NCBI GenBank assembly: GCA_910583935.1
Contig: CAJTZM010000009.1
Location: 27,967-91,966, forward strand
Source of the DNA: an uncultured Oscillospiraceae bacterium
GTDB lineage: Bacteria > Bacillota > Clostridia > Oscillospirales > Ruminococcaceae
Length of the DNA: 64,000 bases
Direction: 5' to 3'
Shown: positions 37,813 through 44,894 of the stretch, piece by piece
How the letters are laid out: each line of letters begins with the position of its first letter
How positions within the stretch are numbered: position 1 is the first letter of the stretch
Notes under the pieces: generated by a model
Told to the model about the DNA's origin: nothing
The model's input: only the letters and a program-made list of their open reading frames with translations
Database searches by the model: none
Program-made: the position numbers and the translations under genes

Positions 37813-38796
37813 TTAGTCCGTCTCCAGCTCTTGCCGGGAAAGGTCGATGGTCACCGTCGTTCCACCGCCTGGGGCCGACTGGACGGCAATTGAATGGCCC
37901 AGCATATGAAGCGCTCTTTTGCAAAGATTCAGTCCCACGCCGGTGGAGCGGGACTGCCCATGTCCGTTGCCGCCGGTGTACCCCCATTCGAAAATCCGGG
38001 GCAGATCCTCCTGACTGATCCCGACGCCCGTATCCCGAACATACAGCTTCCCCTGCCCGCTCCAGATAAAAACGCCGCCGGATGGGGTGTATTTCACCGC
38101 GTTGCTCAAAAGCTGGACTAAGGCGAACCGAAGCCATTTTGCGTCGGTGAGAACCGTTTCGGACAGGTCCCCCAAATCCAGGCGAAGCCGCTTATAAATA
38201 AACAGGACCGAAACCTCCTTCACCGCCTGGCTGACAATATCCCGCAGCCGGCAGCGGCACAAAACCAGGTCGGTAGAAGATGCGCTCAGCCGCTGGAATT
38301 GCAGCGCCATATCCACATACTGCCGCGCATGAAAAAGCTGCTGCTCTAAAAGCCCTTTGTCCGGCGTTTTCTCCTGTATCAAAAGATCGATGGCAGCCAG
38401 CGGCGTTTTCGCCTGATGGGACCAAAGGCTGTAGTAAAGGGCCGTATCCGCCTTTTCTCTCGCCGCTCTTTGCTGCTCCTCTCGGTAAAGTCTTTCCGCT
38501 TGCCATAGGATTTCCCAAAACAGCCGCTCGTCCAGGTCCCGCGCCTCCTCCAGACCGTCAGGACGGCAAAAAAACTGCGTCTTTTTTTCCGTTAATCTTC
38601 GAATCCGGCGGGAAAAACGCCAAAAGTCCACCGCCGCAAACAGGCAGAACAGCACCGCCATCAAAAGAACGGTGTATTGTACCGGTTCCATCGGCAACCC
38701 GTACAGCCAGCAGACCAAAGGCGGCAGCGAAAGCTGGAGCACCGCCAGCACAAGCCACCCTCTGCGGCTTTTGGCAAACTCCCAAAAAAGCCTCAT
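37813..38796 (-). CDS. BceS-type intramembrane-sensing histidine kinase
   Basis: Two N-terminal TM helices with almost no extracellular loop, H-box YYSLWSHQAKTPLAA, and an ATPase domain (VRDTGVGI, GVGLNL). Confidence 0.85.
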   Translation of the reverse strand: MRLFWEFAKSRRGWLVLAVLQLSLPPLVCWLYGLPMEPVQYTVLLMAVLFCLFAAVDFWRFSRRIRRLTEKKTQFFCRPDGLEEARDLDERLFWEILWQAERLYREEQQRAAREKADTALYYSLWSHQAKTPLAAIDLLIQEKTPDKGLLEQQLFHARQYVDMALQFQRLSASSTDLVLCRCRLRDIVSQAVKEVSVLFIYKRLRLDLGDLSETVLTDAKWLRFALVQLLSNAVKYTPSGGVFIWSGQGKLYVRDTGVGISQEDLPRIFEWGYTGGNGHGQSRSTGVGLNLCKRALHMLGHSIAVQSAPGGGTTVTIDLSRQELETD

Positions 38797-39473
38797 GCGC
38801 CAGCCCTCACAAAATAACCGATCCCCTTTTGGGTGCCGATAAACGGCCGTATCCCCGTCTGCTTAAGCTTTTTGCGCAGGCGAGCCACATTTACCGTCAG
38901 AGTGTTTTCGTCAATGAAGCTTTCGTCCTCCCATAGGCTTTTCATTATGCTCTCCCGCGGCACAATTTCCCCGCGGGATTCCAAAAGCAATTGCAGGATC
39001 AGACTCTCGTTTTTGGTCAGCTGGACCTCTGCCTGTCCGCAGCAGACGATCCCCCGGCCGGTATTTAAAGAGATGTCCCCATACCGCACCAGCTCCTTGT
39101 GCGCGCCGAAGGAATAGGCGCGGCGCAGCATCGCCTGGATTTTCGCCAGCACCGCCTCCATACGAAAGGGCTTGGGGATCAGGTCATCTGCGCCCTCATT
39201 GACCGCCAGGACCAGATTGATTTCGTCGCCGGCGCCGGTTAAAAACAAAATCGGCGCCTGGCTGACCCGGCGGATCTCGCCGCACCAGTAAAAGCCGTCG
39301 AAAAACGGCAGAGAAACGTCCAGCAATACCAGATGGGGCTGGTACGCCTCGAACTGGGCCAGAATATTTTGAAAATCCTGGACCAGCCATACCTGATAGC
39401 CCCGGTGGGAAAGCTGCCGCTCCAGCGCCTCTCCAAAAACCGGGTCGTCCTCGACGATGAAAATTTTATACAT
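38793..39473 (-). CDS. BceR-type OmpR-family response regulator
   Basis: MYKIFIVEDD..., LVLLDVSLP, C-terminal TQKGIGYF. 4-nt overlap with the kinase gene. Confidence 0.9.
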   Translation of the reverse strand: MYKIFIVEDDPVFGEALERQLSHRGYQVWLVQDFQNILAQFEAYQPHLVLLDVSLPFFDGFYWCGEIRRVSQAPILFLTGAGDEINLVLAVNEGADDLIPKPFRMEAVLAKIQAMLRRAYSFGAHKELVRYGDISLNTGRGIVCCGQAEVQLTKNESLILQLLLESRGEIVPRESIMKSLWEDESFIDENTLTVNVARLRKKLKQTGIRPFIGTQKGIGYFVRAGA

Positions 39474-39686
39474 GCTCTCGCTCCTTTGCGCCGGTATTTT
39501 CGCTGTCCTCTGCCGCCGGCAGAATACTACTCCTCTTTTATAAACGACGGGACGAAAAAATTTTTGTCAAACAAAGCGCCGTCTTACCGGCCGCAGACCG
39601 TGTGAACTTTGCCGTTTCCAACTTCTGTTGTAAAACAAAACCGCAAAGGGTATAATAGCGGCAGAATACCCATAGGCTCATGGCGG

Positions 39687-39735
39687 AAAAAGCACCGTTT
39701 TACAGCCAAATTACAGCTGTAAACGGTGCTTTTTT
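39687..39735. terminator. bidirectional intrinsic terminator
   Basis: AAAA-AGCACCGTTT-20 nt-AAACGGTGCT-TTTTT. Confidence 0.75.
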
Positions 39736-39740
39736 AACGG

Positions 39741-40289
39741 TTATTTTCCCGGCAAAAGGGTCACCGAAGAAATCTCTTTCGCGCAGATGCACAGGGTGTA
39801 CCCCGTCCGAAACGGCACAAACCAAAGCGACCGCCCCTGCACACAAGGCAAAAGACCCCCGGAATCCACCACAGAAAACCGGCCAAAGCCGCTGTCGATC
39901 CCCTCTCCGGAGAGCTTGACAAAGCTTTCCTTCGCCGCCCAGACTCGAAAAAAGTCCCGATACCCCGCCGATTGCAGGTAAGCGTCCTCCGCCGGATGGA
40001 AAAACCGCCGGGACACAGCCGCCCGCCGGACCTTACGATGGATTTGCAGGTCAATGCCCAAGGGCTGATCCGAATAGGCGCCCAGCCAGTAATCCCCGCT
40101 GTGGGTCACCGAGCAGTGAAGATCCGGCGCCGACAAAAAGTACGGCTTCCCCTTTGGGCTGCGCCCAATCTGCCAGCGGGCAGACGCATCCTCGACCGGC
40201 TGGCCGGAAAACAGCGCCGCACCGCGAGCCAAGCATTCCTGCGAGGATGGACGCTTTTGCCCATACCAATAGACTATAACCTCATGCAT
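39741..40289 (-). CDS. Sfp-type 4'-phosphopantetheinyl transferase
   Basis: SVTHSGDYW, GIDLQ, WAAKESFVKLSGEG are PPTase motifs. ATG at 40289 follows GGAGGAG. Confidence 0.8.
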   Translation of the reverse strand: MHEVIVYWYGQKRPSSQECLARGAALFSGQPVEDASARWQIGRSPKGKPYFLSAPDLHCSVTHSGDYWLGAYSDQPLGIDLQIHRKVRRAAVSRRFFHPAEDAYLQSAGYRDFFRVWAAKESFVKLSGEGIDSGFGRFSVVDSGGLLPCVQGRSLWFVPFRTGYTLCICAKEISSVTLLPGK

Positions 40290-40351
40290 CCGCCGCTCCT
40301 CCCCTGCCAGCGTTTTCCGGATTGACCGCCTTACAAAATCCCTTTTGCGCT

Positions 40352-40831
40352 TTATTGGGGATAAACCAGATTTTCCTCTTTGATGCAGTATAAACAGCTG
40401 TCCAGATATTTTTTCGCCAGCCATTTGGCCATCCCCAGGTTCTGGTCCAGATAATTGCCGCAGTCCTTGGCGGCGGCGCCGGGGATCTCCCCTTCGAAAT
40501 CCCGAATAAACTCAAACATGCCGGTCACCAGCGCCAGCACATCTCGAGAGGTGTAGTCGCCGTTTACAATCAGATAATTGCCGGTGCGGCAGCCCATGGG
40601 CCCAAAGTAGATGATCCGCTGCGCCCAGTCCGGATGATTGCGCAGATAGGTGGCGCCTAAATGCTCGATGGTGTGCAGCTCCGCCGTGTTCATCACCGGT
40701 TCCCGGTTGGGCTTGGTCATCCGCAGGTCAAAGGTGGTCAGCACCGCATCCCCCGCCTTGTCCTTGCGGGAGACATAAATACCCGGCAAAAGGTCCAGAT
40801 GGTTGATGGTAAAGCTCGCGATTTTTTCCAT
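40352..40831 (-). CDS. luxS: S-ribosylhomocysteine lyase LuxS
   Basis: SFTINHLDL, metal site HTIEHL, GPMGCRTG. ATG at 40831. The 72 upstream codons in the track ORF are spurious. A TATAAT element lies upstream. Confidence 0.95.
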   Translation of the reverse strand: MEKIASFTINHLDLLPGIYVSRKDKAGDAVLTTFDLRMTKPNREPVMNTAELHTIEHLGATYLRNHPDWAQRIIYFGPMGCRTGNYLIVNGDYTSRDVLALVTGMFEFIRDFEGEIPGAAAKDCGNYLDQNLGMAKWLAKKYLDSCLYCIKEENLVYPQ

Positions 40832-41047
40832 AGGGGCACATCCTTTCAAAAGCCGTAAACCAAAGGTGTTTTTTACTAGGAATATTATACGCCCCATCGG
40901 CCAAAACAGCAAGGGAAAATCCCTCTGTCCTTTGTAAGACAGAGGGATTTTGCGTAAGCTTTCCATCATCAAGCAATCTAAAAAATACAAGCCACTAGGA
41001 AAATTCCAGTGGCTACTTTTCTGAAGTGAAAGATTTAATATAAGCAT

Positions 41048-41275
41048 CTATCTGTGATTCATAAACAATTTATACGTTTCCACTTCCAAGGCATCAGCAA
41101 TCTTAAATATAACATCTACGCTCGTGCCAACCCAAGCAATTTCTGTTTTACTAACCCTAGAGCGTTCTATCCCTGCTTTCTCTGCTAGTTGCTCTTGAGT
41201 CATTTTGCGCATCTTACGATAATAAGCGATATTAAGTCCTAAAAGACGGTATCTCTCTTTGTACTTCTCTTCCAA
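41048..41275 (-). CDS. small XRE-family HTH protein
   Basis: YYRKMRKMTQEQLAEKAGIERSRVSKTE. Very AT-rich. Confidence 0.8.
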   Translation of the reverse strand: MEEKYKERYRLLGLNIAYYRKMRKMTQEQLAEKAGIERSRVSKTEIAWVGTSVDVIFKIADALEVETYKLFMNHR

Positions 41276-41523
41276 ATGGCATCACACCTAAAATACTATA
41301 TAATAAATAATTCTAGCCAAACTGTATAAATATATCCACTTCCTAAGTTTCATGAAAATGCACTTGTATTTCACAAATAGATGAAATATAATGATTTTTA
41401 TCAAAAGGTTAAATTAACCTTTGCTATTTTTCTCCCTAAATTCTTGCAGCAAAGACCTGATTATAATCTCCTGTTGGTCGGTTAAATAGTTTGTATCAAC
41501 AGTTTCGTGAATGTAATCATAAC

Positions 41524-41742
41524 TCAAGGCATTTCCTCTTTCTTATCGGGCAGATATTCTATAATATCTTGAATCGTGCAGCCAAGAATTTTGCAGAGAG
41601 CCTCCAAAGTATTTGTAGATACAGAATCGCCAGCTTTCAAACGGCGTATGGTGGAGCTGCTGATGCCACCTTTCACTTGCAGTGTATAGGTAGTTGCACC
41701 ACATCTTTCCATCGTTCTCCATAGTGGAGCGTAGGACACCAC
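41524..41742 (-). CDS. small XRE-family HTH protein
   Basis: LWRTMERCGATTYTLQVKGGISSSTIRRLKAGDSVSTNTLEALCKILGCTIQDIIEY. Confidence 0.8.
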   Translation of the reverse strand: MVSYAPLWRTMERCGATTYTLQVKGGISSSTIRRLKAGDSVSTNTLEALCKILGCTIQDIIEYLPDKKEEMP

Positions 41743-41909
41743 GCCGTTCAGCCTCCTTTCCCTATTGACATATTTCCATTATCGCCTATAATGGAATAAA
41801 AGCGTTATAGTCAATATTGCCTATGCAATTCTCAATAAAAAGTTGCAGCTGTAATAATATAAAAGCCAGCACCTCGCCATAAAGGTACTGGCTTTTATAA
41901 AATTAAGTT

Positions 41910-42170
41910 TTATTCATCCTCTACTTCATCATCAAGTGAATAGCTGTTTAATTCTGGATAGTCAAAAAATTCTGCTAGTGTCATATTAAAAGCAATGGAA
42001 ATTTTATACAGTGTTTGGATTTTAGGATTAGTAGATGCCCCACACACCAAATTATGGATAGTAGACTGTCTGACTCCACTCATCTCTGCAAGTTTATTGA
42101 TTGTAATACCGCGCTTTTCGCATAGAAAGAGTATCCTTTTTAAAATAAGTTTTCCAAAATTAGAAGCCAT
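41910..42170 (-). CDS. small XRE-family HTH protein
   Basis: RILFLCEKRGITINKLAEMSGVRQSTIHNLVCGASTNPKIQTLYKISIAFNMTLAEFF. Confidence 0.8.
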   Translation of the reverse strand: MASNFGKLILKRILFLCEKRGITINKLAEMSGVRQSTIHNLVCGASTNPKIQTLYKISIAFNMTLAEFFDYPELNSYSLDDEVEDE

Positions 42171-42347
42171 TGTATCCCTCTGCTATCGTGAAACAATGAT
42201 GTTCTCTATATTATTGTTTCATGATAGCAGTAAAAAAAACATCAATTAACTATGTGCAGTTTATCTTAAAGAATATTGCAAACGAGTAACGCATCAAAAC
42301 AGCGAAAATCATCCGTGCAGCAGCAAAGGAGCATCAAGGTATACGAA

Positions 42348-42794
42348 ATGAAACGGAAGAAAAAAGAGCTATTACTCTTCGTCTGCACAGTCTATACGGT
42401 GCTTCTCAAAAACGAAAGCCGCAAGCAGGAGCTTGGCCTGACCGAAGCCGAGGAAAAACGCCTGGCAGAGCTTTTGGCCCAGCCCGAGACAGCCCGCGGC
42501 ATCATGGTGCTGTACCAGGCAATGAGCGCGGCCCTGTCGCCGGCAAAACGCTCCCTGCAGCAAACGGCAGAGAACTATCCGCTGGAATATCTGGGGCTTT
42601 CGGCCAGGCCGTATGCCTGCCTTGCGAAAAGCCTGCTGTACGGAGAAATTCGGACAGTAGCGGATTTATTGCGGCTGTCCGAAGCGCAGATCAGCAGAAT
42701 CAGAGGGATCGGCCCCAACTCCAAGAGCCTGGAGGAAATTAAGCGGAAGCGTTTAAAATTCGTCCAAGACTATCACGCCGGCCTGATTCGATAG
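42348..42794 (+). CDS. stand-alone RNA polymerase alpha-subunit C-terminal-domain (alpha-CTD, HhH)-like protein
   Basis: The C-terminal half LEYLGLSARPYACLAKSLLYGEIRTVADLLRLSEAQISRIRGIGPNSKSLEEIKRKRL parallels the RpoA CTD pattern (LELSVRSYNCLKRAGI.TV.EL......DL..IRN.GKKS..EI). The start is uncertain; I chose ATG 42348. Confidence 0.6.
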   Translation: MKRKKKELLLFVCTVYTVLLKNESRKQELGLTEAEEKRLAELLAQPETARGIMVLYQAMSAALSPAKRSLQQTAENYPLEYLGLSARPYACLAKSLLYGEIRTVADLLRLSEAQISRIRGIGPNSKSLEEIKRKRLKFVQDYHAGLIR

Positions 42795-43066
42795 CGCGTT
42801 TATCCGCCGGCAGCGAGCAAAAATGGGTGTAAAACGCAAAAAGGCGGGGCCTCCGGCCTGAAAAATCAGGCGGAAGCCCCGCGTCAGCTCGTGAAAAGCT
42901 TTTGTTATGCCATTTTATGGAATCGCTTTGGATTCTGCGCGCCGAATCGCACCCAAACCGGCATGAATGTGAACAAAAAATGGGCCGGTCATAATAGATG
43001 ACCGGCCCAGCTGGCAAGCCTGCCCAGTTTGGAACCACCCCGGACGCGGGCATTTGTTTTAGGCAT

Positions 43067-43098
43067 AAGAAAAAGCCTGGAGCGCGAATTGGCTCCAG
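43067..43098 (-). terminator. orphaned intrinsic terminator of the tRNA-fMet gene, now separated from it by the inserted element
   Basis: Minus strand reads CTGGAGC-caattcgc-GCTCCAG followed by GCTTTTTCTT. It sits 12 nt downstream of the displaced tRNA 3'-end copy at 43111-43122. Confidence 0.6.
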
Positions 43099-43109
43099 AC
43101 CCTTGCCTG

Positions 43110-43122
43110 ATGGTTGCGGAGG
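43110..43122. repeat. attL core: displaced copy of the tRNA-fMet 3' end (ATGGTTGCGGAGG)
   Basis: 13/13 identical to 57825-57837. On the minus strand it reads CCTCCGCAACCA(T), the acceptor 3' strand plus CCA. Confidence 0.75.
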
Positions 43123-43263
43123 TGCGCAACATGGTTTACCTGAAATATTATTCTCCTATACGATTTTCTAAGAATTTATCCATTTCAGGAAAAATATTCG
43201 TGCTATTTTGTTCTGCCGGTTTTGGTTCTCTATATTTCAGATATTTCCTATCCCCCCGCCCGC

Positions 43264-43443
43264 TCAAAACCGCCCTGTCTTTTCCAGCAGCTTTATTGCC
43301 TCCAGCCTTTCCCCTGGCGCTGCGTTCGAATCGTCCCTGATCTGACGTAAAGCCTCGATCGTCGCTTCCTGCTCCTTGACATACCTTTCCCACTGCTCCT
43401 GCCGGATCGCTGCATTATTTCGCCTTGTGCTCTTTTCGCTCAT
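43264..43443 (-). CDS. hypothetical 59-aa protein (below the ORF-track length cut-off)
   Basis: ATG at 43443 lies 8 nt after GGAAGGAGG. MSEKSTRRNNAAIRQEQWERYVKEQEATIEALRQIRDDSNAAPGERLEAIKLLEKTGRF, predicted helical. Overlaps the end of the upstream ORF by 29 nt. Confidence 0.45.
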   Translation of the reverse strand: MSEKSTRRNNAAIRQEQWERYVKEQEATIEALRQIRDDSNAAPGERLEAIKLLEKTGRF

Positions 43444-43675
43444 GTCTGCGCCTCCTTCCTGGACTGCCGCTTATAGTCTCTCTCACCGGAACAGCGTCAA
43501 CATGAATTTCAAAAGAATCTTTCTCCCATGAATTACAAATCTCCTTGACCTTGTACCCGCCAAAAGCGGACATCATAAGCGAATCGTTAGGATTGATTTC
43601 AACAATTCCACCACGCCAAGCTATGAATATATTCTTTGCATTCGAAAGAACGCTAACCGCTTCTCTTATTGTCAT
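43415..43675 (-). CDS. hypothetical protein
   Basis: 86-aa ORF with a basic tail. No recognisable domain. Confidence 0.5.
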   Translation of the reverse strand: MTIREAVSVLSNAKNIFIAWRGGIVEINPNDSLMMSAFGGYKVKEICNSWEKDSFEIHVDAVPVRETISGSPGRRRRHERKEHKAK

Positions 43676-43721
43676 AGTTTTTTTCCTCCCGCTCTGTCAT
43701 TATTTTCCGTTATGTTTTTGC

Positions 43722-44045
43722 TCATTCCGTGGCCTCCCCTATCCGCTGCATCAAAAAGCGGGAAAGGTCCGATGGCCTTCTGAACACGTCTTCAATGGCA
43801 TACACAACCCGCATACCGTAAAGAATGGCGGGCCATTCATACGCCGCAATATTTTCGCTTACCGTATCGGAAAGCTGGTCCACAAGTTCCTTTGGTGCAT
43901 ATTGTCTTATTTTCTCCATCACTGCCGACAGTTCCTTTTCTGACTGCTGGATCAGCGGATTATTCATAATTTCATCCTGCCACACGTCTGTCTGACCGAT
44001 GCCTTGCATCAATTCGTCTACCAGCTGTATATTTTTGTCATTCAT
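43722..44045 (-). CDS. hypothetical protein
   Basis: ATG at 44045 follows ATAGGAGGAAAAATCAAG. 107 aa, helical. Confidence 0.55.
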   Translation of the reverse strand: MNDKNIQLVDELMQGIGQTDVWQDEIMNNPLIQQSEKELSAVMEKIRQYAPKELVDQLSDTVSENIAAYEWPAILYGMRVVYAIEDVFRRPSDLSRFLMQRIGEATE

Positions 44046-44272
44046 CTTGATTTTTCCTCCTATTTCGATTAAAATAGAAGTCAAGGGAGAGGCCTCTCGA
44101 ACTCTTTCTTGCTATCGAGTGACTACCTGTTGGAGCAGGTGGTCACTCTTTCTTTGTATTCCTCAAAGACTTTTTGTTTCTGCTCCTTTGTGGGTTTTTG
44201 CCATTCTTGGAATCTCATAAGCGCCACCCCCTTTCTTTGTGGTCTCTCTCCCTTGACACTTACTATTATATA

Positions 44273-44349
44273 TTAGTTAACTAATATTGTCCATTGGTAG
44301 AATCGATAAAAGTTAACTAATATTTTTGGTAGATTTGTTAGTTAACTAA
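44273..44349. promoter_or_regulatory. three copies of the 12-bp palindrome TTAGTTAACTAA (operator array) in a divergent promoter region
   Basis: Perfect copies at 44273-44284 and 44338-44349, and an 11/12 copy at 44309-44320. The third copy overlaps the -35 of a TTAACT-17-TATACT promoter (-10 at 44365-44370) for the RHH-like gene. Confidence 0.6.
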
Positions 44350-44387
44350 TTCTTGTGTTTATGCTATACTTATTGTGGGGTGATATT

Positions 44388-44804
44388 ATGGCAAGTACAG
44401 ACGCCCAAAAAAGAGCCGTAAAAAAAGCGCAATCAAAGTGCGACGCTATCATGTTACGCCCTCCCAAAGAGGAGGGGACCGCTATCCGGGCCGCTGCCGC
44501 CGCCGCTAGGCAAAGCAATCAGCAATATATCTTGCAAGCAGTACAAGAGCGAATGAGGCAAGATGTAAGAAGCCCACAGGAGGCTGTGAGAGACCCCACA
44601 GCGCCCTCGGCGGGCGGGGGCGGTATTTTATCCCCTGATACTATCAAAGCCGCGCAGGAGGCCGCACAGATCACAGGAGAGGCTTTGCCGCAATTCGTAA
44701 CACGGGCAGTAGAAACACAGGTACAAAGGGACAAAACTTCCCTGTTAATGGGGATTCATCCAGCCACGGGAGAGCGTTTCAAAAAAGAAAGGAGCGGGGA
44801 ATAA
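44388..44804 (+). CDS. putative ribbon-helix-helix (Arc/CopG-like, duplicated) DNA-binding protein
   Basis: Two segments resemble an RHH helix pattern (SNQQYILQAVQERMRQD and ALPQFVTRAVETQVQRD). Ala/Gly-rich linker. The gene sits next to the palindromic operators. Confidence 0.5.
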   Translation: MASTDAQKRAVKKAQSKCDAIMLRPPKEEGTAIRAAAAAARQSNQQYILQAVQERMRQDVRSPQEAVRDPTAPSAGGGGILSPDTIKAAQEAAQITGEALPQFVTRAVETQVQRDKTSLLMGIHPATGERFKKERSGE

Positions 44805-44816
44805 GCCCGCTCTTTT
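44792..44816 (+). terminator. intrinsic terminator after the RHH-like gene
   Basis: GAGCGGG-gaataag-CCCGCTC-TTTT. Confidence 0.55.
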
Positions 44817-44894
44817 GCTATCTGGATAGATCAACCAACCGCTATTGAATGCACAAAACAAGGGCATAGATTTGCCCTTGCAGAGTTAAGTCCG

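Noticed and set aside
39680-39919. 79-aa plus-strand ORF starting at ATG 39680
   Set aside because: It begins inside a terminator hairpin and runs antisense through the PPTase gene. The promoter-terminator unit is more plausibly a short non-coding transcript, if it is expressed at all.
40913-40953. Hairpin AAAATCCCTCTGTC...GACAGAGGGATTTT as the left boundary or att site of the phage-like element
   Set aside because: It is an ordinary bidirectional terminator. The real junction is supported much better at 43110-43122, by the tRNA 3'-end copy and the orphaned terminator.
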